From positions 1 through 35,497 of the forward strand of contig JBFYNT010000309.1 in NCBI GenBank assembly GCA_041304225.1: DNA of 35,497 nt. The letters run 5' to 3'. The position numbers were made by a program, and so were the translations under genes. Below the pieces are notes generated by a model that was given only the letters and a program-made list of their open reading frames with translations, searched no databases and was not told where the DNA came from. Source of the DNA: Candidatus Aminicenantes bacterium (lineage in GTDB: Bacteria; Acidobacteriota; Aminicenantia; Aminicenantales; Saccharicenantaceae). Every line of letters starts with the position of its first letter. Position 1 is the first letter of the stretch. Of this stretch, positions 9,125-19,359 are shown piece by piece.

Positions 9125-9142
9125 AATACCAAGGGTCCGGTC

Positions 9143-9385
9143 ATGCCCAAAGCCAAGATCGCCATATCCATCGATGAAAAAGCTCTCGAGCGGTTGGATG
9201 CGCTGGTCCGCGGCGGCGTCTTCCGCACCCGAAGCCAGGCCATAGAACGGGCGGTCGCCGACACGCTCGAGCGCCTCGGGCGGACCCGTCTCGCGGTCGA
9301 GTGCGCCAAGCTCGATCCGGTCGAGGAAAAAGCGTCGGCCGAGGACGGTCTGACCGAAGAGGCAAGCGAATGGCCCGAATACTGA
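9143..9385 (+). CDS. Ribbon-helix-helix (CopG-like) antitoxin paired with MazF
   Basis: MPKAKIAISIDEKALERLDALVRGGVFRTRSQAIERAV is a typical RHH N-terminus. The C-terminal tail is acidic. It overlaps the downstream toxin gene by 16 nt. Confidence 0.75.
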   Translation: MPKAKIAISIDEKALERLDALVRGGVFRTRSQAIERAVADTLERLGRTRLAVECAKLDPVEEKASAEDGLTEEASEWPEY

Positions 9386-9708
9386 GGGGCGAGATCCGCT
9401 GGGCCGAGCTCGGCCCGGCCCGGGGCCATGAACAGACCGGCCGCCGGCCGGTGCTCGTCATCAGTCACGGCGTTTTCAACGACCGGTCGGGGACCGCGAT
9501 CGTCTTGGCCATCACCAGCCAGCCTCCGAAAGCCGGGTTTCCCCTGACGCTCGAGACCGCCGCGAAAGGGTTGCCGAAGAGGTCCTGGATCAAGATCGGA
9601 CAGGTCCGGACGCTGGCCGTCGAGCGGATCGGCAAGCTGGCGGCCGTCCTGCCGCCCGAGGACCTGGCCAGGGCCGTCGAAGGCTTGAACGAGATCGTAG
9701 GGGACTGA
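9370..9708 (+). CDS. mazF: MazF/PemK-family endoribonuclease toxin
   Basis: MARILRGEIRWAELGPARGHEQTGRRPVLVISHGVFNDRSGTAIVLAITSQ...SWIKIGQVRTLAVERI matches the PemK/MazF fold signature (GSEQ-like loop, RPVLVIS, ITS). Confidence 0.85.
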   Translation: MARILRGEIRWAELGPARGHEQTGRRPVLVISHGVFNDRSGTAIVLAITSQPPKAGFPLTLETAAKGLPKRSWIKIGQVRTLAVERIGKLAAVLPPEDLARAVEGLNEIVGD

Positions 9709-9713
9709 GCCGA

Positions 9714-9736
9714 GGGGCTCATGTCCGCATGACCCC
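9714..9736. terminator. Hairpin between convergent mazF and hydrolase genes
   Basis: GGGGCTCATG-tccg-CATGACCCC, a 9-bp stem with one bulged C. There is no clear U-tract. Confidence 0.3.
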
Positions 9737-9742
9737 CGGCCG

Positions 9743-11113
9743 TCAGTGCTTGGCGATCCAGGCGGCGATGTCGTCGACGACCTCGGCGGCGACGCTGCCG
9801 TGCTTCTGCGTGTACTCGAGCGGGACGAGGACCCCTTCGCCCTCATAGAAGAGATGGTTGAGCTTGGGATAGAGGCGGAACTCGACATCGGGCCGTGAGC
9901 CCAGGGCCTTCTTCCAGTTCTCGAGGTCGGCCGTCTGGACCTGGTAGTCGCGGCCGCCCTGCAGGAACAGCATGGGCTTGCGGACCGCTTTGGCCGTCTC
10001 GGGCGGATCGTAGCCGCGCACGTCGAGCCAGTAGGCCGGCATGACCCCGACGAGCTTCTCCGTCGAGCCCCGGTCCGCGTCGGTCAGGGCCTTGATCTTG
10101 GCCACCTGGGCTTTGATGTCTTCGAGCCTCTTCCGGTCGTCGCCCGAAAGCGTGTCTCCGGCCAGCCCGTAGAGATAGGTCATCTGGCGGACGATCGTGT
10201 CGTCGAGCGGGCGGGTCAGGCCGGCCAGGCTGACGAACCCGGCGATCCCGAGCGGCTCGGCGGCCAGGGCGATCCGCGGCAACAGAAAGCCGCCCAGACT
10301 GTGGCCGAGGATGAAGACGCGCAGCGGATCGATGCCCTTCGTCTTTTGGAGCAAGGCCGCCGCGGCCAGGGCGTCGTCGATGGTCTCGTCCTTGACCGTC
10401 ATCGTCGCCTCGAGCTTGGGATCGGCCAGGATCTTCTTGCCGTGGACCTTGCTGCGCTTTTCGTATCGCAGGACGGCGATGCCGCGCGTGGCCAGCCCCC
10501 AGGCCAGGTCCTTGAACGGCTTGTTCGGGCCGAGCGTCTCGTCCCGGTCGTTGGGACCCGAGCCGTGGACAAGGACGAGCCCGGCGAACGGGCCGCCGCC
10601 CTTCGGCATGGTCACCGTTCCCGGCACGGCCCATTCCCCGGACCCCACCGTGACCTCGGTCTCCGTGAACTTGGCCGCGTCGGCATAGGCGGGCGGCCCG
10701 TATTTCGCGGGCGGCGCCGGCGGCACGAATTGGAGGCCGGCGATCTTGCCCGCCTTGTCGAAGACGACGCGGGCGTCGAGCAGGGCCTTCTCGAACGCGC
10801 AGGTGATCAGGACGATCTGATAGCCCTGAAGCTCCTCCCGTCGAGCCGGGCCCTGCTGCTTGAAGGCCCCGACCTGGGCCGGCAGCTGCTTCGTCCACAT
10901 CGGCTCGAGCTTGTCGGGCCCCGAGAGCTTGAGCATGGTCTCGTCGAAATCGACGACGGCCTGCTTGAAATCGCCTTTTTCCATGGCCGCGAGGAAGGCC
11001 CGGGCTTTGACCGTCAGAGCGTCCTCGGCTTGAGCGGGGCCCTGGGCCAGGAGCGCGCCGGCGAGCGTGAGCACGGCGATGGCAACAAATGAGAGCCGGA
11101 CCTTTCTATTCAT
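9743..11113 (-). CDS. Secreted alpha/beta hydrolase with N-terminal DUF3887-like domain
   Basis: Signal peptide MNRKVRLSFVAIAVLTLAGALLAQGPAQA. It has the nucleophile elbow GHSLGG and a DUF3887-like segment (FLAAMEKGDFKQAVVDFDETMLK). The start at 11113 was chosen over the upstream 11281 extension. Confidence 0.8.
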   Translation of the reverse strand: MNRKVRLSFVAIAVLTLAGALLAQGPAQAEDALTVKARAFLAAMEKGDFKQAVVDFDETMLKLSGPDKLEPMWTKQLPAQVGAFKQQGPARREELQGYQIVLITCAFEKALLDARVVFDKAGKIAGLQFVPPAPPAKYGPPAYADAAKFTETEVTVGSGEWAVPGTVTMPKGGGPFAGLVLVHGSGPNDRDETLGPNKPFKDLAWGLATRGIAVLRYEKRSKVHGKKILADPKLEATMTVKDETIDDALAAAALLQKTKGIDPLRVFILGHSLGGFLLPRIALAAEPLGIAGFVSLAGLTRPLDDTIVRQMTYLYGLAGDTLSGDDRKRLEDIKAQVAKIKALTDADRGSTEKLVGVMPAYWLDVRGYDPPETAKAVRKPMLFLQGGRDYQVQTADLENWKKALGSRPDVEFRLYPKLNHLFYEGEGVLVPLEYTQKHGSVAAEVVDDIAAWIAKH

Positions 11114-11382
11114 TTTTAACACCTCATCGAGAGCCTCGAAAAGTGAGGGGGGAATGGATGGGGGACATGTACGCCGGGTACTCGTCCCCAGGGATCCCGT
11201 CCCTAGGGCAAAAATATAGCTCAAGGCAGGTCCCGAATCCAGCCCGACCTGAAAGGGCGGGCGAAAGGAGGGGACACGCATCGGACCCGGAAATATCCCC
11301 GAATCTCGGAAAGGGCCAGGTCTTCACATCCCTGCCTGTAAAGGGCCGTCTGTGAAGACCAGGTCCTGTCCGCTCTGTCCGT

Positions 11383-11411
11383 TTGACCGCGTCCGGCCCG
11401 GCCGTTAGAAT
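11383..11411 (+). promoter_or_regulatory. Sigma70-like promoter positioned for a leaderless mfd transcript
   Basis: TTGACC (11383-11388), a 17-nt spacer, then TAGAAT (11406-11411). The GTG start at 11418 lies only 6 nt after the -10. Confidence 0.45.
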
Positions 11412-11417
11412 AGCCCG

Positions 11418-14840
<3,423 letters not shown>

Positions 14841-14866
14841 AATACAATGAGTTGATATTAAAAAAG

Positions 14867-15832
14867 ATGGACAGATTTCGCCGGACCGCTATTCTCGTCG
14901 TGGCCCTGTCGGCCGCCCTGGCCTGCGGCCGCGACGAGGGCCGGGGGCCGGTCTCCCGCGTCGCCGGGCTCGTCCAGGGGACGCTGCGCGGCCGCGCGGT
15001 CCTCGAAGTCGAGAAGCGGGACTACTATAACGCCGATTTTCGGACTTACGTCGAAGCCACGGGGGCCGACGCCGGGGACCTGCCGGCCGAATCGCTGAGC
15101 CGGCTCTTCGACCGGTTCGCCGACGAAAGGATCCTCCTCGGGGCGGCGCGCGAGCGCGGCATCGTCCTCACCGAGGACGAGAAGACGGAGTACCTGGCCC
15201 GGCTGGCCGTCGCCGGCCTCGCGTCGGACGCGGACGGCGGCTCGTCCGCCGATCCCTCCGACGGGGTCTTCGACCGGCTCCTCGTCGAGAAGTACACCTT
15301 TCTCGTCGTCAAGGACGTCCGGGTCGACGCCGGCGAGATCCGGGACCACTACGAGCGGAACAAGAAGGACTTCCTCCACCAGGGCCGGGTCCAGGTCAGC
15401 CAGATCCTGGTCGCGACCGAGGAGAAGGCGATCGACGTCCTGCGGCGGCTCCAGCGGACGGGCGAGCCGGAGTTCCGCAAGATCGCCGCCGGGGAATCCC
15501 TGGGGCCCGAATCCGCCCGCGAGGGCGTCATGGGCGTCTTCGAGCAGGGGGACCTGCCCGCGGACATGGAGAAGGTCATTTTTTCGCTCGACGAGGGCCG
15601 GACGAGCCAGGTCGTCGAGTCCTCCTACGGCTACCACATCTTCCGGCTGGACCGGAAGTTCCCCCCGGCCCTGCGGACCGAGGAGGAGGCCGCCCCGGAG
15701 ATCCGGGAGCGCCTCCTGGCCCAGAAGATGAAGGACGCCCTGTCCTCCCACCTGGGCGGGCTCAAGGAGACCCTGAGCTGGCGGGCCCTGACCGAGAACC
15801 TATTCTTCAAGTATCAGAGGTCGGACGAATGA
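14867..15832 (+). CDS. PpiC/parvulin-type peptidyl-prolyl isomerase (SurA/PrsA-like), membrane- or lipid-anchored
   Basis: N-terminal hydrophobic anchor MDRFRRTAILVVALSAALACG. The parvulin domain includes VQVSQILV...GVMGVFEQGDLPADMEKVIFSL...SSYGYHIFRL. Confidence 0.8.
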   Translation: MDRFRRTAILVVALSAALACGRDEGRGPVSRVAGLVQGTLRGRAVLEVEKRDYYNADFRTYVEATGADAGDLPAESLSRLFDRFADERILLGAARERGIVLTEDEKTEYLARLAVAGLASDADGGSSADPSDGVFDRLLVEKYTFLVVKDVRVDAGEIRDHYERNKKDFLHQGRVQVSQILVATEEKAIDVLRRLQRTGEPEFRKIAAGESLGPESAREGVMGVFEQGDLPADMEKVIFSLDEGRTSQVVESSYGYHIFRLDRKFPPALRTEEEAAPEIRERLLAQKMKDALSSHLGGLKETLSWRALTENLFFKYQRSDE

Positions 15833-16815
15833 AAAAGATCATCGCGTGTCTGGCAATGGCCGGCGTCCTCTCCCCGCTGGCGGTCCCCGTCGCGGGCCAA
15901 GAGGTCGTCGAGGAGATCGTGGCCGTCGTCAACGACGACGTCATCACCCTGTCCGAGTACCGGGGCCAGTTCGAGCAGGCCGCGGCCCAGCTGCGGGCCC
16001 AGCAGATGGACCCGGCGGAATACGACAGGCAGTACGACAACCTCAAGAAACAGATGCTCGAGCTGATGATCACCGAGATGCTGCTCCTGCAGAAGGCCAA
16101 GGAGCTCGGCCTGAACGTCCAGGAGCAGCTCAAGGGGATGATCGAGAAGATCAAGGAGGAGAACAACTTCGCCTCGGACCAGGACCTGCGCCGGGCCATC
16201 CAGCAGTCGGGCATCTCCTACGAGGCCTGGATCAGGGAATACGAGGAAGGCATGATGCGGCAGGGCGTCCTCTACACCGAGGTCGAGCGGGCCATCGCCC
16301 TCGAGGATTCCGAGATCGTCCAATACTATAAAAAGAACCCCGCCGAGTTCACCGTGCCGACCGAGTACCGGATCAGCGCCATCTACCTCGCCGCCGAAGG
16401 CCGCACGCCCGAGGCGCTCGGAGAGCTCAAGGCCGCGATCGACGCCAAGCTCAAGGGCGGCGCGGCGTTCGGCGATACGGCGGCGGAGCTGTCCGACCCG
16501 CCGATGAAGGACGCCAAAGGCGACCTGGGGACCTTCAAGGCCGGGGAGCTCGACAAGGACCTCGAGACGCCCGTCGAGAAGATCAAGGCCGGCGAGACGA
16601 CCCCCTGGATCAACACCAAGAACGGCTGGTACCTGCTCCAGCTCGTCGAGAAGAAGGACAGCCACCTGCTGCCGTTCGACGAGGCCCGGAGCCGGGTCGA
16701 GGAAAGGCTCTACGGCGAGAAGCGCGCCGTCAAGGGCGAGGCCTACATCAAGACGCTCCGCGAGCGGAGCTACGTCAAGATCCTGAAGCCCGATCCCCTG
16801 GGATTGGATAAATAG
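15829..16815 (+). CDS. SurA-like periplasmic chaperone / parvulin-domain protein
   Basis: Signal peptide MKKIIACLAMAGVLSPLAVPVAG. It has a SurA_N-like region (IVAVVNDDVITLSEY...LELMITEMLLLQKAKELG) and a degenerate C-terminal parvulin-like domain (GDLGTFKAGELDKDLE...NGWYLLQL). Its ATGA start overlaps the stop of the previous gene. Confidence 0.8.
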   Translation: MKKIIACLAMAGVLSPLAVPVAGQEVVEEIVAVVNDDVITLSEYRGQFEQAAAQLRAQQMDPAEYDRQYDNLKKQMLELMITEMLLLQKAKELGLNVQEQLKGMIEKIKEENNFASDQDLRRAIQQSGISYEAWIREYEEGMMRQGVLYTEVERAIALEDSEIVQYYKKNPAEFTVPTEYRISAIYLAAEGRTPEALGELKAAIDAKLKGGAAFGDTAAELSDPPMKDAKGDLGTFKAGELDKDLETPVEKIKAGETTPWINTKNGWYLLQLVEKKDSHLLPFDEARSRVEERLYGEKRAVKGEAYIKTLRERSYVKILKPDPLGLDK

Positions 16816-16928
16816 GGGTCAAACCTACCTTTTATTACTTTTCCCCGCCGGCGCGGCTGCGGTTCCGACCGGATGCGGGAGTCGCACGGCTCCCCGCGTA
16901 AAAAGTAATAAAAGGTAGGTTTGACCCC
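16815..16928. repeat. Perfect 28-bp inverted repeat flanking a 58-nt GC-rich core
   Basis: GGGGTCAAACCTACCTTTTATTACTTTT (16815-16842) is the exact reverse complement of 16901-16928. It fills nearly the whole gap between the surA-like stop (16815) and the pdaD stop (16932). Confidence 0.9.
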
Positions 16929-16931
16929 GTC

Positions 16932-17474
16932 TTAACAGATCAGTACGGCGGCCGCGATGACCGTCGTCCAGACGCCCTTTTCCCCCCGCGCCGTCCGGGT
17001 CGCGCTCCGCGTCTTGAGGGACAGGCCGTTCGAGATGCGGAACGACCGGGCGGCCGTTCCCGGCTCCTTGAGCGTGTGCCCGAGCTTGGTCGCCAGCATC
17101 TCGGCGGCCAGGTACTCGGTGTGCAGCGAGATCTCCCGTTGGGCCTTGCCGACGTCCGAGTGCTCGGCCAGGTAGCCGTACCGCGCGGGATCGTCGGGGA
17201 CGGCGACGCCGATCGAGGCCGAGATCAGGCACCCGGGCTCGTCCGTGGCGTTCTCGCTGAGCACCACGAACAGGATCTGGCCCGGGTCGAGGAGCCGGAG
17301 GCCCGCCTCCTTCGAGACGAACTTGGCGCGCGGCGGGAAGATGCTCGAGACCCGGACGAGGTTGAAGGGGGCGATGCCGGCCTCGCGCAGGGCCTTCTCG
17401 AAGCTGACCAACTTCTCCTTGTGCCGGCCGACGCCGCGGACCAGGAAGACCTTGGAGGGGACGAGGGGACCCAT
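16932..17474 (-). CDS. pdaD: Pyruvoyl-dependent arginine decarboxylase
   Basis: NLVRVSSIFPP matches the PdaD self-cleavage region (NLIRISSIMPP in the archaeal enzyme). Size (180 aa) and overall pattern fit the PdaD/AaxB family. Confidence 0.9.
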   Translation of the reverse strand: MGPLVPSKVFLVRGVGRHKEKLVSFEKALREAGIAPFNLVRVSSIFPPRAKFVSKEAGLRLLDPGQILFVVLSENATDEPGCLISASIGVAVPDDPARYGYLAEHSDVGKAQREISLHTEYLAAEMLATKLGHTLKEPGTAARSFRISNGLSLKTRSATRTARGEKGVWTTVIAAAVLIC

Positions 17475-17475
17475 C

Positions 17476-18003
17476 TTACTTCTTCGGCTCCACCGGCTCG
17501 GGCTCCTTGAAGTCGATGTCGCGCGAGACGTCGTAGACGCCGAGGAGGACGGGCGTCGAGCCCTTGGAGATGGCGAAGAGCCGGACGAAAGCCTGTTTCC
17601 ACTGCGGATTGTCGCGGATGCCGGCCAGGTTCTTGCCCTCGACGCCGAGGTTGCTCTTCAGGACGATCAGGTCGCCCGTTGCGCCGGGCGGGATGGCCTT
17701 GCCCCTGATGGCGGCCAGGAAGGAGTCGCCGAAGTTCTCCGGGTCGCCCTTGAACTGGTAGACGGCGTTGAAGTTGACGTAGGTCATCGGCTTGTCCCCG
17801 ACGTTCTTGACGCGGAACGAGATCTGGGGAACGAGGATGAGCCTCTGCGGCCAGGGCTGGTAGTACTTGGCGACCCAGGCCGACGCGTAATCCACGATCT
17901 CGATCGAGCCCTTCAGCTCGTCGCTGGACATGGACTTGCAGGCCGGCAGGACCGCCAGCGCCAGGACGCCGCACGCGAGCGCGATGGGGGCGATTCTCTT
18001 CAT
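17476..18003 (-). CDS. Lipoprotein of unknown function, co-transcribed with pdaD
   Basis: MKRIAPIALACGVLALAVLPAC|KS has a lipobox-like LPAC. The body is beta-rich. Its stop lies 1 nt from the pdaD start. GGAGG lies 5 nt upstream of the ATG. Confidence 0.7.
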   Translation of the reverse strand: MKRIAPIALACGVLALAVLPACKSMSSDELKGSIEIVDYASAWVAKYYQPWPQRLILVPQISFRVKNVGDKPMTYVNFNAVYQFKGDPENFGDSFLAAIRGKAIPPGATGDLIVLKSNLGVEGKNLAGIRDNPQWKQAFVRLFAISKGSTPVLLGVYDVSRDIDFKEPEPVEPKK

Positions 18004-18027
18004 GGGCTCCTCCTCTCTCTCGCTCGT

Positions 18028-18056
18028 ATGATAGCGCCCGGACGGCGATTACGCAA
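18028..18056 (-). promoter_or_regulatory. Sigma70-like promoter for lipoprotein-pdaD
   Basis: On the minus strand: TTGCGT (18056-18051), a 17-nt spacer, then TATCAT (18033-18028), followed by GGAGG and the ATG at 18003. Confidence 0.4.
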
Positions 18057-18068
18057 CTGCCCGTCGAA

Positions 18069-18117
18069 ATCCCGGGACACGATGCGAGATCCGGAGATCT
18101 CGCTCATGTCCCGGGAT
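18069..18117 (-). terminator. Nested two-tier hairpin immediately after the yibQ-like stop
   Basis: The outer stem pairs ATCCCGGGACA (18069-18079) with TGTCCCGGGAT (18107-18117), 11 bp. The inner stem is GCGAGATC-cgga-GATCTCGC, 8 bp. There is no long U-tract. Confidence 0.45.
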
Positions 18118-19356
18118 CTATCGGACGAGCTTCGAGACGGGGACGGCCTCGAGGCCGTAGGCGTCGAGGAGGCGGTAGGTCGACCGGAGGACGGCCAGCG
18201 TCTCCGGGAAGGGATGGCAGATGCCGACCGCCCGGCCCTTCTTGCGGGCTTTCTGGAAGAGCTCGATCAGGCGCCCCCGGATGCGGCCGCGGTCCTCGTC
18301 GGCGTCGAGGAAGACGTCCCGCTGGGTCGACGGGATGCCCATCCTCCGCGCCTCTTCGAGGGCGACGGTCTTGGCCGTCGTCCGGCTGTCGACGAAGAAC
18401 AGGCCCTTGTCCTTGATCGGCCTCAGGAGGACGCGCATCAGGTCGCGCTCGGCGGTGAACCGCGAGCCCATGTGGTTGTTCGTGCCGGTCGCGAAGGGCA
18501 CCCGGTCGTAGCTGGCCTCGAACGCGGCGACGATCGCCGGCCCGGTCATCATGGTCATGATCAGGCCTTCGGTGCCGGTCATGGCCTCGTGGTTGTTGAC
18601 GGACTCGAGCGGGAGGTGGAGCAGGACCTCGAGCCCCCGCTCGTGGGCCAGCCGGGCCGTTTCGGCCGCGTACGCGCTGTAGGGGAGGACCGAGACCGTG
18701 ATGGGCCGGCCCAGGGCGATGAGCTCGTCGAGGATCTCGAGGCTCGAGCCCATGTCGTCCATGATCAGGGCGACCTGGCCGCGCGGCGCTTTCTTCGCGG
18801 CCGGCGCCCTCGCCGCGACGGCGGCGGGCGGCTCGACCGGCAGGACGAACGAGATGGCCGCGTCCTGCTTCGTCGGCCGGCGCAGCGTCCAGAGGACCTC
18901 GGTCCGCTCCTCGCCGGGCGTCCGCTTCTTGGCCAGGACGCGGACGCCTTCGCCCTTGAGCGCCTTCTCGACCGCGGGCCCGACCGATTCGTAGAGCTCC
19001 GTCGGGATCTCGACCTCGAAGAGCGGCCGGCCCTTCGGCCCCTTCAGCCGGAGGACGGAGTCCTCGGAGACGCCGGCCGCGGCCAAGCTGGCCGCCAGGA
19101 CCTCCTCGAAGGACTTGACGGCGGTGCCCGGCGCCTGTTCCGGCCCGTACGGCCTCGTTCCGGCGTCCGGGGCGGCCATCCCGGCCGTTTCTTTCAGGGC
19201 CGCGGCGAAGGAGAACAGGTAAGACCGCTCGCCCCGGCGGGCCCCGAGGTAATCGAGGACCAGCGCCGAGACGATCGCCGAGGCCGCGAGGACCACGGTA
19301 AGCAGGGTGAAGACCGGTCCGGGCGGGCGACCTTTGGGCTGGGGCCTCTTCCTCAT
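18118..19356 (-). CDS. Divergent polysaccharide deacetylase family protein (YibQ-like)
   Basis: An N-terminal TM segment is followed by a YibQ-type domain (VALIMDDMG...VSVLPYS...LLHLPLE...TNNHMGSRFT). Confidence 0.85.
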   Translation of the reverse strand: MRKRPQPKGRPPGPVFTLLTVVLAASAIVSALVLDYLGARRGERSYLFSFAAALKETAGMAAPDAGTRPYGPEQAPGTAVKSFEEVLAASLAAAGVSEDSVLRLKGPKGRPLFEVEIPTELYESVGPAVEKALKGEGVRVLAKKRTPGEERTEVLWTLRRPTKQDAAISFVLPVEPPAAVAARAPAAKKAPRGQVALIMDDMGSSLEILDELIALGRPITVSVLPYSAYAAETARLAHERGLEVLLHLPLESVNNHEAMTGTEGLIMTMMTGPAIVAAFEASYDRVPFATGTNNHMGSRFTAERDLMRVLLRPIKDKGLFFVDSRTTAKTVALEEARRMGIPSTQRDVFLDADEDRGRIRGRLIELFQKARKKGRAVGICHPFPETLAVLRSTYRLLDAYGLEAVPVSKLVR

Positions 19357-19359
19357 CCG

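Noticed and set aside
11114-11417. Possible SRP RNA, RNase P RNA, 6S RNA or tmRNA in the 304-bp intergenic region.
   Set aside because: None of the hallmark conserved motifs of these RNAs could be found on either strand (for example the SRP domain IV GGAA/AGCA loops, or the RNase P GGAAAGUCCGG). Only generic hairpins are present.
16815-16928. Inverted-repeat element considered as an integron attC site or a canonical bidirectional intrinsic terminator.
   Set aside because: GTCAAAC/GTTTGAC only approximates the RYYYAAC/GTTRRRY cores. The arms are perfectly paired, whereas attC sites have extrahelical bases. No intI or cassette array is present. The terminator reading fails because the T-run precedes the GC core and the A-run follows it on both strands. 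It is kept as a finding with unknown function.
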